37,488 nt of DNA from Candidatus Methylomirabilota bacterium (GTDB lineage Bacteria; Methylomirabilota; Methylomirabilia; Rokubacteriales; CSP1-6), in the NCBI GenBank assembly GCA_046726415.1, contig JBKPAK010000190.1:1-37488 (forward strand), in the 5' to 3' direction. Shown piece by piece: positions 11,534 through 21,244 of this stretch. Made by a program: the position numbers and the translations under genes. The notes below the pieces were generated by a model. The model ran no database searches. It was not told the origin of the DNA and worked only from the letters and a program-made list of their open reading frames with translations. Position 1 is the first letter of the stretch. Each line of letters opens with the position of its first letter.

Positions 11534-11983
11534 TCAGTATTTCCCGCCCAGCTTGCGGTGATCCCAGCTGACCACCTTGTGCGGGACGATCTTGAGGACC
11601 ACCCGCTTCGGAGCGCTGGCCACCGCTTCGCGCGCCGGGGCCCTGGTGCCCCGCGCCTCGGCCATGGAGGCAAAGGCCGCCTCCACGGCCTCGCGGTCTT
11701 CGAGGATCTCGCAGTGACCGCGAACCATCACTCCCCGCAACTCGGAGTACGCATGTCCGGACTCGACCATCAGTCCGACCCTGGGGTTGCGCCGGATGTT
11801 CACGACCTTTTGAGCCTTGCCATACGAGGTCATATAGAAGGCCCCGTCCTCGACGAAGTAGTTCATCCCCACCACGTGGGGGAATCCGTCCTGATCGATG
11901 GTGGCGAGGGCGGCCTTGTGGTGCTCTCGCAAGAAGGCCGCTTGCTCGTCAGGGCTGAGCTTGATCTGCTGGCGTCGGTTCAT
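11534..11983 (-). CDS. Pyridoxamine 5'-phosphate oxidase-like (PPOX-class, possibly F420-binding) protein
   Basis: LATIDQDGFPHVV, KAQKVVNIRRNPRV, ELRGVMVRG, VVSWDHRKL; SD GAAAGGA fits ATG at 11983 (alternative 11989). Confidence 0.85.
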   Translation of the reverse strand: MNRRQQIKLSPDEQAAFLREHHKAALATIDQDGFPHVVGMNYFVEDGAFYMTSYGKAQKVVNIRRNPRVGLMVESGHAYSELRGVMVRGHCEILEDREAVEAAFASMAEARGTRAPAREAVASAPKRVVLKIVPHKVVSWDHRKLGGKY

Positions 11984-12139
11984 CGGCATTCCTTTCGGCG
12001 GATGGGAGATGGGGAGTCGGGCTGACCTCGTCATCCTGCTTCGCCACGCGGGCCGCGGTCAAGGAGCGTGAGCGTGAAGGGTGAATCCCGCCTGACCGAC
12101 TTCCGGGACAGGTAGATCCTCCGGGTTCCGCATCGCGCA

Positions 12140-12167
12140 TTGACAATCCACCGGGTTCCCCGATAAT
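12140..12167 (+). promoter_or_regulatory. Sigma70-type promoter of the family-5 binding protein gene
   Basis: TTGACA (12140-45), 16 nt spacer, GATAAT (12162-67), about 70 nt upstream of ATG 12236. Confidence 0.6.
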
Positions 12168-12235
12168 CGTCCGGCGCTGTCCGCTCGTCGTCCTCTCGCT
12201 CGATCGATGGCTCGCGACGCAGAGGAGGATCGGCT

Positions 12236-13765
12236 ATGGTCCGACGGTTCCTCGTCCCCGCGCTACTCCTTGCCCTCTTGAGCAGCTCTCCTGCCCTGGC
12301 GGCGCCGGAGGGCCAGCTCACCTGGGCCGTCCATGTCTCGCTGGCGCCGGGATGGTTCGACCCGGCGGAGACCGCGGGCATCATCACGCCCTTCATGTTC
12401 CTCTACGCCCTGCACGATGCGCTCGTGAAGTCCATGCCCGGGCAATCCATGGCCCCGAGCCTGGCCGAGTCGTGGACCGTCTCGCCCGACAACCTCACCT
12501 ACGAGTTCGCGCTGCGCAAAGGGGTGAAGTTCCACAACGGCGACCCGGTCACGGCCGAGGACGTCAAGTTTTCCTACGAGCGCTATCGGGGCGCGGGAGC
12601 GGGGCCCTTCAAGGCCCGGACGGCCGGCATCGACGTGGTCGATCAGCATCGGATCCGCTTTCGCTTCAAGCAGCCGTGGCCCGACTTCATGACGTTCTTC
12701 GGCACGCCGGCCACCGGCGTCGGCTGGGTCGTACCGAAGAAGTACGTCGAGAAGGTCGGGGACGACGGCTTCAAGAAGGCGCCCGTCGGGGCGGGGCCGT
12801 ACAAGTTCGTCTCCTTCAACCCGGGTGTGGAGCTGGTGCTCGAGGCCTACGAGGGGTACTGGCGAAAGACGCCCAGCGTGAAGCGCCTGGTCTTTCGATC
12901 AGTGATCGAGGAGGAGACGCGGCTGGTGGCCCTCAAACGCGGCGAGGTGGACATCGCCTATTCGATTCGCGGCGCCCTGGCCGAGGAACTGCAGCGCACG
13001 CCGGGGCTCACCCTCAAACCGAACTATCCTCCCGGCACCTTCTGGCTCGTCTTCCCCGAGCAGTGGACGGACCCGAAATCGCCTTGGGTCGACAAGCGCG
13101 TGCGGCAGGCCGCCAACCATGCCATCGACCGCCAGGCCATCAACACGGCCGAGACCCTGGGTTTCTCCAAGATCACGGGGACCATCATCCCGTCCACGTT
13201 CGAGTTCTTCTGGCAGCCGCCGGTCCATCCCTACGACCCCGTCAGGACGAAGCGAGTGCTGGCGGAGGCGGGGTACCCGAACGGCTTCGACGCGGGTGAC
13301 TACTACTGCGACGCTTCGTACGCGAACCTGGGCGAGGCGGTGGTCAATTACCTGAAGGCGGTGGGAATCCGCGCGCAGCTGCGCCCCTTGGAGCGGGCGG
13401 CCTTCATCGCCCAGAACCGCGACAAGAAGCTCAAGAACATCATCCAGACGGCGAGCGGGGCGGCGGGAAACGCCGCCACGCGCCTCGACGCCTTCGTGGC
13501 GGCGGGGGGCACCTTCACCTACGGCAGCTATCCCGACATCGAAGGTCTCGTGCGCGAGCAGGCGGGCGAGAACGATCCGAAACGGCGCGAGGCGCTGCTC
13601 CATCGCATCCAGCAGCTCATCCACGACAAGGCGATGTTTGCGCCCATCTGGGAGCTGGCTTTTCTCAACGGGTACGGGCCGCGGGTGGCGGAGTCCGGTC
13701 TCACCCTGATCGCGGGTCACCCGTACTCCTCGCCGTACGAGGACGTCAGACTCAAAGGCAAGTAA
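12236..13765 (+). CDS. ABC transporter substrate-binding protein, family 5 (oligopeptide/dipeptide/nickel), orphan
   Basis: Signal peptide ending ALA; PSLAESWTVS, LRKGVKFHNGDPVTAEDVKFS, PVGAGPYKF, DKRVRQAANHAIDR; SD GGAGG. Confidence 0.92.
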   Translation: MVRRFLVPALLLALLSSSPALAAPEGQLTWAVHVSLAPGWFDPAETAGIITPFMFLYALHDALVKSMPGQSMAPSLAESWTVSPDNLTYEFALRKGVKFHNGDPVTAEDVKFSYERYRGAGAGPFKARTAGIDVVDQHRIRFRFKQPWPDFMTFFGTPATGVGWVVPKKYVEKVGDDGFKKAPVGAGPYKFVSFNPGVELVLEAYEGYWRKTPSVKRLVFRSVIEEETRLVALKRGEVDIAYSIRGALAEELQRTPGLTLKPNYPPGTFWLVFPEQWTDPKSPWVDKRVRQAANHAIDRQAINTAETLGFSKITGTIIPSTFEFFWQPPVHPYDPVRTKRVLAEAGYPNGFDAGDYYCDASYANLGEAVVNYLKAVGIRAQLRPLERAAFIAQNRDKKLKNIIQTASGAAGNAATRLDAFVAAGGTFTYGSYPDIEGLVREQAGENDPKRREALLHRIQQLIHDKAMFAPIWELAFLNGYGPRVAESGLTLIAGHPYSSPYEDVRLKGK

Positions 13766-13967
13766 CGCAGCGACGGGTCCGCACCGGTCGGCCCGCGATG
13801 ATCACCAGCGTCACCGGCCTCGACCGTGGCGCCGATGGAGGGCCGTCTCCGCTGAGTGGTGCGGCGGAGCAGGCGGGCATCGTGGCGCGGCCTCGATTTC
13901 CGTCATTGTGTGCTACGCTGCGCGCGCTCGCCGGGCGACCGGCCACACGACAACGCGAGGTGCGACA

Positions 13968-14735
13968 GTGCGACCGAACAGGATCAAGCAGATGTGGCGC
14001 GACGGACGGTGGGTCACGATGGGCTGGCTCTCGGTGTCCCACGGCTTCACGGCGGAGGTGATGGCGCGCCAGGGCTTCGACACCCTCTGCGTCGATATGC
14101 AGCACGGGCTGACCGACATGAACGATGTCTGGCCCATGCTGCAGGCGATCTCTCAGACCGACACGGTACCGGTCGTGCGCGTGCCGTGGAACGATCCGGC
14201 GACCATCATGAAGGTGCTGGACCTGGGCGCGTATGGCATCATCGTGCCCCTGATCAATACGGCCGAGGACGCGGCCAAGGCGGTGGCGGCGTGCCGCTAT
14301 CCGCCGGTGGGTATGCGCTCATCCGGACCGGTGCGGGCCGTGCACTACGGCGGCGCCGACTATGTGGCCCAGGCGAACGGGGAAATCGTCGTCATGGCCA
14401 TGATCGAGACGAGGGAAGGACTGGCCAACCTGGATGCGATCTGCGCCACACCGGGGCTCGACGCCGTGTACATCGGCCCCTCCGATCTGTCGTTTGCGCT
14501 GGGCATGGCCCCGCGCGGCGACAATCCCGACCCCCTGCATCTGGCCACGTGCGACCGCATTCGCGAGGCCGCCCACAAGCACGGCATCAAGGCGTGCATG
14601 CACTGTGCGAGCGCGGCGTTCGCGGCTGGGGCGGTGAAGCGCGGCTTCGATCTCATCATGCTCACGTCGGACCTGACGTCGATGGTCGCCGGCGCCCGCC
14701 GTCAACTCGATGACCTGAAGGCCGCGACCGCGTGA
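13968..14735 (+). CDS. HpcH/HpaI-family class II aldolase
   Basis: GTG start after GAGG; GFDTLCVDMQHG, VVRVP, VLDLGAYGIIVP, RYPPVGMRS, MIETREG, YIGPSDLS. Confidence 0.9.
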   Translation: MRPNRIKQMWRDGRWVTMGWLSVSHGFTAEVMARQGFDTLCVDMQHGLTDMNDVWPMLQAISQTDTVPVVRVPWNDPATIMKVLDLGAYGIIVPLINTAEDAAKAVAACRYPPVGMRSSGPVRAVHYGGADYVAQANGEIVVMAMIETREGLANLDAICATPGLDAVYIGPSDLSFALGMAPRGDNPDPLHLATCDRIREAAHKHGIKACMHCASAAFAAGAVKRGFDLIMLTSDLTSMVAGARRQLDDLKAATA

Positions 14736-14751
14736 GGCCATTCTCCCTCGC

Positions 14752-15405
14752 GTGAAGCTGATCGTCTTCGACTTCGACGGCCTCATCCTCGACACCGAGG
14801 TGCCGGTGTACGACGCCTGGCAGGAGCTCTACGGGGAACACGGCCACGCGCTCCCGTTCGAGACGTGGGCGCAGTGCATCGGGACCTCCGACACCTTCGA
14901 TCCGTGCGTCGACCTGGCCGAGCGCGTGGGCCGCGCCCTCGACGCGGCAGCGCTCCGCCGACGGCACCGGGCGAGGACCGATGCCCTCATCGCCGACCAG
15001 CGGGTGCTCCCCGGCGTCGTCGAGCGCCTGGAAGAGGCCCGGGCCATGGGGCTCGCGCTTGCGGTCGCCTCGTCATCCAGTCGGGCGTGGGTGGAGGGCC
15101 ATCTCGAACGGCTCGGGCTGTTCGACCACTTCAATGCCCTCCGCTGCGCCGGGGACGTGCCGCGCGTGAAGCCCGATCCCGCGCTGTACCGCGCGGTGCT
15201 GGAGGTCACCGGCGTGTGCGCGGCCGATGCGGTGGCCTTGGAGGACTCGCCCAATGGCGTGCTCGCGGCCAAGCGCGCCGGCCTGGCCTGCGTCGCCGTG
15301 CCGAACGCGCTGACCGCGCGGCTCGATCTCAGCGCCGCCGACCTGCGTCTGACCTCGCTGGCCGACGTGACGCTCACCGCCCTGCTCGCTCGGCTCCGTC
15401 CGTAG
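14752..15405 (+). CDS. HAD-superfamily hydrolase (subfamily IA, beta-PGM/CbbY-like)
   Basis: FDFDGLILDTE, VASSS, KPDP, LEDSPNGV. Confidence 0.9.
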   Translation: MKLIVFDFDGLILDTEVPVYDAWQELYGEHGHALPFETWAQCIGTSDTFDPCVDLAERVGRALDAAALRRRHRARTDALIADQRVLPGVVERLEEARAMGLALAVASSSSRAWVEGHLERLGLFDHFNALRCAGDVPRVKPDPALYRAVLEVTGVCAADAVALEDSPNGVLAAKRAGLACVAVPNALTARLDLSAADLRLTSLADVTLTALLARLRP

Positions 15406-15569
15406 CGACGCCGCCCGCGCGCGCGGTGGGGCTCCGTCGCGACGGCAACTTCCGGAAGTGTCGGGAGTGACGCTGGCGAGCGTTCCGTCACCCTGCTGCT
15501 GCACGATGACGGTGAGGAGGGCCCATCAGGGTCGCCGTCGAGGTAGCCACTCGACAGCCACCAGGCCGG

Positions 15570-15631
15570 CATGATCGCGAAAAGCCTCTTCATCCCATCC
15601 CCGACATGATCGCCAAGAGCCTCTTCGTCCC
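15570..15631 (+). repeat. Imperfect 27-bp direct repeat (period 35) encoding MIAKSLF(I/V)P twice
   Basis: CATGATCGCGAAAAGCCTCTTCATCCC (15570-96) and CATGATCGCCAAGAGCCTCTTCGTCCC (15605-31). Confidence 0.75.
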
Positions 15632-15650
15632 TCCGGTGAGCGGCTAGGCG

Positions 15651-16235
15651 ATGTCTTACGACCTCGTGGTCCGCGGCGGCCTCGTGGCGACCGCCACCGA
15701 TGCCGTCGTGGCGGATCTCGGCATCCGGGGCGGGCGCATCGCCACCATCGACCAGGGTCTGCCCGCGAACGGAAAGGAGATCGACGCGCGCGGACTCGTG
15801 GTCATGCCGGGTGGCGTCGACGTGCACACGCACCTCGATCTCCACCTCGGCGGCGCGCGCACCGCGGACGATTTCGAGTCGGGTACCGCGGCCGCCGCCT
15901 GTGGCGGCGTGACCACGATCTGCGACTACGCCCGGCAGAAGGCGGGCGATGGCCTCGCGAAGACGATCGAGACGTGGAAGGCGAAGGCTCGGGGCCGCGC
16001 GCACGTGGACTACGGCTTCCACGTGATCCTCTCGGACGCCGGCGACACCGTGCTGGAGGAACTGCCCGCGCTGGTGGCCGCCGGCTTCCCGAGCGTGAAG
16101 GTCTTCAACGGCTTCACGGTACAGGGCGTCCCGCGGCTCACGTTGTCGCGCGGCGAGATCATCGCCCGCGACGGCCACCTCCTGAGCTGCCCCGGCCGCG
16201 GCCACCTCGTCCTGCGGGAGCGTCAGCGGGCTTAG
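15651..16235 (+). pseudogene. hydA: Dihydropyrimidinase/D-hydantoinase with a large in-frame internal deletion
   Basis: PGGVDVHTH, DDFESGTAAAACGGVTT, VDYGFH, SVKVF then directly the C-terminal GFTVQGVPRLTLSRGEII...PGRG; only 194 aa. Confidence 0.8.
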
Positions 16236-16332
16236 GTCCCGAGTCGGAGGTTCACCAGATTGCGTGTCTCGGGAAGGCTCCCCGACCTCACTCTGGCCGG
16301 CGATTCTGCGGGCAATCTCGGCGCAACGACAC

Positions 16333-17244
16333 TCAGCGCGCAGGGGCCGGGTGCGTGGCCACCCAGTGCTTCGCGATGTCGATGCGCCGGGTGAACCACA
16401 CGCCCTTGTGCCCCGCGATGTAGTCGAGAGCGCGCTCCAGGCCGGCCGCCCGCGACGGATGCCCGATGAGCCGCAGGTGCAAGCCGAGCGACATCATCTT
16501 GGGCTGCGTTTTCCCCTCGCGGTAGAGCACGTCGAACCCATCCTTCACGAAGGTGAAGTAGTCGTCGGCCGTGAAGAAGCCACCGCCGCCAAACTTGGAA
16601 TCATTGGCGGTGAGGCTGTATGGCACCACCAGGTGAGGGCGCTCGTTCACGCGCACCCAGTAGGGCAGTTCGTCGTTGTAGGCGTCCGAGTCGTAGAGAA
16701 AGCCACCCTCCTCGACGAGGAGGCGCCGCGTGTTCACGCTGGGTCCGTAGCGGCAATACCAGCCCAGCGGCCGCTCGCCGACCGTCTGCGGCATGGATTC
16801 CACCGCCTTCCGGATGTGCTCGCGCTCCTCGTCCTCGGTGAGATCGTAGTGCTTGATCCATCGCCACCCGTGCGAGCAGACGTCGAAGCCGGCGTCGCGG
16901 ACGGCGGCAGCGACCGCCGGGTTGCGCTCGAGGGCGAGGGCGCAGCCGAAGACGGTGAGCGGTAGGCCTCGCTCTTGGAAGATGCGCAGGACGCGCCAGA
17001 AGCCCACACGGCTGCCGTACTCGAACATGCCTTCGGCGGCGAGGTCGCGGCCCCTGACCCCGTAGTTGGTGGATCCTGACTCAGTCAGCGTGCCTTCCGA
17101 GAAACCGTCGTCGTGCACGTTGTACTCGGAGCCTTCCTCGTAGTTCATCACGAAGTTGACGGCGATCCGCGCCTCGCCCGGCCAGTGCGGGTGAGGAGGA
17201 CGGCCGCCGTAGCCGACGAGATCGCGACGATCTGAAGTGGACAT
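16333..17244 (-). CDS. puuE: PuuE-like allantoinase / polysaccharide deacetylase family protein
   Basis: RDLVGYG, WPGEARIAVNFVMNYEEGSE, EYGSRVGFWR, SHGWRW, YDSDAYNDELPYW, PKMMSLGLHLRLIGHP. Confidence 0.8.
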   Translation of the reverse strand: MSTSDRRDLVGYGGRPPHPHWPGEARIAVNFVMNYEEGSEYNVHDDGFSEGTLTESGSTNYGVRGRDLAAEGMFEYGSRVGFWRVLRIFQERGLPLTVFGCALALERNPAVAAAVRDAGFDVCSHGWRWIKHYDLTEDEEREHIRKAVESMPQTVGERPLGWYCRYGPSVNTRRLLVEEGGFLYDSDAYNDELPYWVRVNERPHLVVPYSLTANDSKFGGGGFFTADDYFTFVKDGFDVLYREGKTQPKMMSLGLHLRLIGHPSRAAGLERALDYIAGHKGVWFTRRIDIAKHWVATHPAPAR

Positions 17245-17316
17245 GGCGATGGCCTCCTAGGGAACCACGGCGATGAGCGGTTGGGCGACGGTGCGCATCG
17301 ACGCGGCGGTCGACGG

Positions 17317-18135
17317 TCAGGAGATTCGCCGCGTCAGCCCGACCACGCGATCCATGATCACGACGAGCAGCGCGGTGGTGAGGATGAGCACCCCGGACAC
17401 GGCGGCCGTCCGGACATCGAGCGTGCTCTCCAGCATGCTCCACATGCGGATGGGCAGCACATCGGTCTCCGGGCCGGACAGGAACAGCGACACCGACACA
17501 TTGTCGAGTGACGCCATGAACGCGATGAAGGCACCGGCCAGGATGCCGGGCCGGATCACGGGCAGGGTGACTCGGCGGAACGTGTAGAAGGCGCCGGCGC
17601 CAAGGCTCGCCGAGGTGTCCAGCAGTCCGCGATCGAGCTGGGAGAGGCTGGCGATCGTCGTGCGCAGGATGAATGGCACGATGACCGCTACGTGGCCCAC
17701 CACCATGAGGGGAATCGACAGCGGCACCCCCAGCGTGCTGAAGAACATGAGCGCGGCCAGCCCGAAGGCCAGGGTGGGCAGGATCAGCGGCGACATGAAC
17801 AGCGCATCCAGGGTCTGGGCCCACCAGGTACGGCGGCCCGCGATGGCGAGGGCAGCCGAGGTCCCGAGCACCACGGAGATCGCCGTCGCGGTGGTGGCGA
17901 CCACCACGCTGTTCCAGGCCGCCGCGTGGATCTGCGCCGACATGGCGGGGTCGAACAGGCTTTTGTACCAGCGCAGCGAGAGCGCCGGCGGCGGAAAGCG
18001 CAGCGCGCGCGAGTCGGTGAACGAGGTGATGAGCACCACGACCACCGGAGTGACGAGAACCACGAGCGCGATTGCGCTCAAGAGCCCCAGCACCAGGCGG
18101 TAGGAGATGTCCCCGGCGCTCCATTGCCGCGCCAT
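17317..18135 (-). CDS. ABC transporter permease (PotC-like)
   Basis: Start MARQWS at 18135; FPPPALSLRWY, SPLILP, EAA-like DTSASLGA, FRRVTLPVIRPGI. Confidence 0.88.
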   Translation of the reverse strand: MARQWSAGDISYRLVLGLLSAIALVVLVTPVVVVLITSFTDSRALRFPPPALSLRWYKSLFDPAMSAQIHAAAWNSVVVATTATAISVVLGTSAALAIAGRRTWWAQTLDALFMSPLILPTLAFGLAALMFFSTLGVPLSIPLMVVGHVAVIVPFILRTTIASLSQLDRGLLDTSASLGAGAFYTFRRVTLPVIRPGILAGAFIAFMASLDNVSVSLFLSGPETDVLPIRMWSMLESTLDVRTAAVSGVLILTTALLVVIMDRVVGLTRRIS

Positions 18136-18140
18136 GCGCT

Positions 18141-19028
18141 CTACCCGTGCACGAGCGCGCGGCTGCGGCGGCCGAGGGCGTTGAGCGTGGCCACCACGGC
18201 GAGCACAGAGACGAGCAGGACCACAGAGATGGTCGCCGCGAATGGCCAGTTGAAGAGCGTGGTGGCCTGCTGCCAGATGTAGAACGGCATCAGCACCATG
18301 CGGCCGCCGCCGATGATGGTCTGCGACACGAAGGCGGTGACCGAGCTGGCGAAGACGAGCAGGCATCCCGCCAGGAGCCCGGGCAGGCTCAGGGGCAGGG
18401 TCACCCGAAAAAGCGTGCGCCAGCGCCCCGCACCGAGCGCGGCGGAGGCGTCCTTCAGGTTCGGATCGAGCCGCGACATGACGCTGATCAGGGGCAGGAG
18501 TATGAGCGGCATCTCGATCTGCGACAGTGCCACCACGAGTCCGAGCTCCGTGTGGAGCAGCCGCGTCGGTGCGGCGAGAAGACCGAGGCCGATGAGCGCG
18601 TTGTTGACGAGTCCCTCCCGCCCCAGGATGACGATCCAGGCGAAGGTGCGCACCACCACGCTGGTCAAGAGCGGCAGCACGATGATGAACAGCAGCGCGG
18701 GCTGCAGGCGCCGCGGCGCTTCCAGAAAGAGCAGGCCGAGCGGCACCCCGATGCACGCGGTGAGGACCACCGTCTTGACCCCCAGCAGGAGCGTTTGGCC
18801 GAGCACACTCCAGTTGAACGAATCGCCGGCGAACTTGGCGTACTGCGCGACGCCCAGCCCCTCGAACTGCGGTGTGAGCCGCAAGCTGATGCCCGCCAGG
18901 AGCGCCAGCGGGGCCAGGAAGAACAGCAGGAAGAACAGCGCGAGGGGCGCGGCGAGCAGCCCCTCGCGTCGGCCCGGCGGACCGGCCCGGCGGACCTCGC
19001 CGCCGGTGGCGGCGACGGCGTCTGCTAT
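18141..19028 (-). CDS. ABC transporter permease (PotB-like); start uncertain, possibly ATA at 19028
   Basis: LPLLTSVVVRTFAWIVILGREGLVN, DASAALGA, RVTLPLSLPG, NWPFAA; no ATG/GTG/TTG between the upstream stop and TM1. Confidence 0.85.
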   Translation of the reverse strand: MADAVAATGGEVRRAGPPGRREGLLAAPLALFFLLFFLAPLALLAGISLRLTPQFEGLGVAQYAKFAGDSFNWSVLGQTLLLGVKTVVLTACIGVPLGLLFLEAPRRLQPALLFIIVLPLLTSVVVRTFAWIVILGREGLVNNALIGLGLLAAPTRLLHTELGLVVALSQIEMPLILLPLISVMSRLDPNLKDASAALGAGRWRTLFRVTLPLSLPGLLAGCLLVFASSVTAFVSQTIIGGGRMVLMPFYIWQQATTLFNWPFAATISVVLLVSVLAVVATLNALGRRSRALVHG

Positions 19029-20068
19029 TGTCGGATCTCCTTGTTGAAGCGCTCGATCCAGGCTGCCCGGTGCGGGTTGATTTTGCGCCAGTCGTGATGG
19101 ACAAAACTCGCCAGCTCGTCGTGCGACTTGACGAGGTCGACCGGCATGTCCGGCTGGAGCGGCACGTCCTTGTTCACCGACAGGAGGCTGTAGGGCGGCT
19201 TCTGCAGGGCGGCCTGCACCTCCGTGCTCAGGATGGCATCGATGTACTTGTAGGCGTTGTCCTTGTTGGCGGCGTTCTTGACGACGTGGATCGTGGTGTA
19301 GAAGGTGATCGGTCCACTGTCGGGCTTCACGAACTCGATGTCCACCCCGCGGCCCTTGAGCGTCGACACCGTCTGGAAGTTCGTGTAGGTGACGTCCATC
19401 TGCCCCTGCTGGAAGAGCGTGTTGACGGCCACCGGATTCTGCGCGATCACCCCCACGTGGGGAAGCCACTTCTTGAGCACGTCGAACGCCGGATCGACAT
19501 TGGTCAGCGAGCCGCCGTACTGCTTGGAGATCTCGATCAGCGACGAGGTGCCGAACGTCGTGCCGAAGCCCGAGATGCCCACCTTCCCGTAGTACTTCGG
19601 CTGGAAGAGGTCCTTCCATCCCTTGGGCCGGTCCACCTTTTTCGGGTTGTAAGCGATCCCCACGATCTGGGCGGCCACCGCCACGCCCCACTCGTCGTAG
19701 AACGCTTTGGGTAGTGTGGCCGCGTTCTTGAGGCGCGAAGGCTCGAACTTGTCGACCAGGCCGTCCTCGATGGCGACCACTGCCGGACCCGGGTCGAGGA
19801 GCAGGATATCGAATGGCGGGGTGGCCCGCGAGGCTCGAACCTTGGCGATCTGGTCGAGGGCGAGCAGCGGTGTGAGCACGGTGTCGACGTCAGCGCTCTT
19901 CTTCACTGCGGGTACGACCACGGCGCGGTACGCCTCCTCCCACGGGCCGGGGTAGATGGGCGCGACGACACGACCGGCGGCCGCGGCGTTCCGGGGCAGC
20001 AGGGTAGTTGTGGCCAGCGCCGCGCCTGCGGTGAGCACGGCGCGCCGCGAGATCTGGGTCCTGCACAT
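19025..20068 (-). CDS. ABC transporter substrate-binding protein (PotD/PotF-like), Tat signal
   Basis: ISRRAVL Tat motif; GIAYNPKKV, PKGWKDL, AYKYIDAILS, WIERFNKEI; SD GGAGG. Confidence 0.88.
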   Translation of the reverse strand: MCRTQISRRAVLTAGAALATTTLLPRNAAAAGRVVAPIYPGPWEEAYRAVVVPAVKKSADVDTVLTPLLALDQIAKVRASRATPPFDILLLDPGPAVVAIEDGLVDKFEPSRLKNAATLPKAFYDEWGVAVAAQIVGIAYNPKKVDRPKGWKDLFQPKYYGKVGISGFGTTFGTSSLIEISKQYGGSLTNVDPAFDVLKKWLPHVGVIAQNPVAVNTLFQQGQMDVTYTNFQTVSTLKGRGVDIEFVKPDSGPITFYTTIHVVKNAANKDNAYKYIDAILSTEVQAALQKPPYSLLSVNKDVPLQPDMPVDLVKSHDELASFVHHDWRKINPHRAAWIERFNKEIRQ

Positions 20069-20080
20069 GCTGGAGCCTCC

Positions 20081-21244
20081 TCAGGAATGCGCCCGCTCGG
20101 CGGCCGGGGCGGGGAAGAGGGACACGGCTGCTGGGGAAACGATCCCGCAGAAGAGCGCGCTGTTCGCCTCGCCCGGCGGGGCCAGGCGGTCGCGCGGCTC
20201 TGTAATCTTCAGCGACTCCCCGGCGCGGGTGGCGACCTCGCTCACCGTCTGCGCGCCCACCGGCATGCGGATGCGCAGCTCGACGGGCCAGCGCCCGGGC
20301 CCCGGCTCGGCGTACAGGCGCAGATTCTCGGGCCGCGTCGAGACCACGACGCGAGTGCCGATTGCGGGCGTGGCCGGAAGCTCGACGGTGGCGCTGGCCT
20401 CCAGCGCCACCGTCATCGTGCCCGCGTTTCGGCCGACGATCTCGCCGGCGAGCAGGTTGGCCGTACCCACGAAGCTGTTGACGAAGAGGGTGCGCGGCCG
20501 GTCGTACACGTCGACCGGGCTCGCGAACTGCTCCACGCGACCGCGGTTCATGACGGCGATGCGGTCGGCCAGGCTCATCGCTTCTTCCTGGTCGTGGGTG
20601 ACCAGGATGGCCGTGATCCCGAACTGGCGCTGCAGGCGCTTGACCTCGATCTGCATATCCAGCCGGAGATTCTTGTCGAGGGCGCCGAATGGTTCGTCGA
20701 GCAGCAGGATGCGCGGCTCTACCGCCAGCGCGCGGGCGAGGGCGACGCGCTGCTGCTGGCCACCGGAGAGCTGGCGCGGCAGGCGATCGCGCAACGGCTC
20801 GAGCTGGACGACGGAGAGCATCCGCGCCACGCGCTCGCGGACAATCTCGCGGGCCTCGTGCCGCGCCCGGAGGCCGTAAGCGACGTTCTCATACACGGTC
20901 ATGTGGGGGAACAGCGCATAGTTCTGGAAAACGATGCCGATCTCGCGGCGGCTGGCCGGCAGGTGATCGATGGAGCGACCGTCCACGCGCACACTCCCCG
21001 CCGTGGGCACGACGAAGCCGCCGATGATGCGCAGGAGCGTGGTCTTGCCGCAGCCGCTGGGACCGAGCAATGCCATCAGCTCACCGGCCTCGATGGGCAG
21101 GTTGACGTCGTCAACCGCCGTGGTCGCGCCGAAGCGGTGAGTGATCGATTCGAGCTCGAGGCTATGGCCAGTGCGGCGCGCGTCGGCGACCGCGCTGGCA
21201 CTCGGCGCTTCCGGTCCCGCGAGCAGGTCTACCAGCTCAGCCAC
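20081..21244 (-). CDS. ABC transporter ATP-binding protein (PotA-like, TOBE C-terminus)
   Basis: GPSGCGKTT, VFQNYALFPHMTV, LSGGQQQRVALARAL, LLLDEPFGALD, VTHDQEEA. Confidence 0.92.
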   Translation of the reverse strand: MAELVDLLAGPEAPSASAVADARRTGHSLELESITHRFGATTAVDDVNLPIEAGELMALLGPSGCGKTTLLRIIGGFVVPTAGSVRVDGRSIDHLPASRREIGIVFQNYALFPHMTVYENVAYGLRARHEAREIVRERVARMLSVVQLEPLRDRLPRQLSGGQQQRVALARALAVEPRILLLDEPFGALDKNLRLDMQIEVKRLQRQFGITAILVTHDQEEAMSLADRIAVMNRGRVEQFASPVDVYDRPRTLFVNSFVGTANLLAGEIVGRNAGTMTVALEASATVELPATPAIGTRVVVSTRPENLRLYAEPGPGRWPVELRIRMPVGAQTVSEVATRAGESLKITEPRDRLAPPGEANSALFCGIVSPAAVSLFPAPAAERAHS

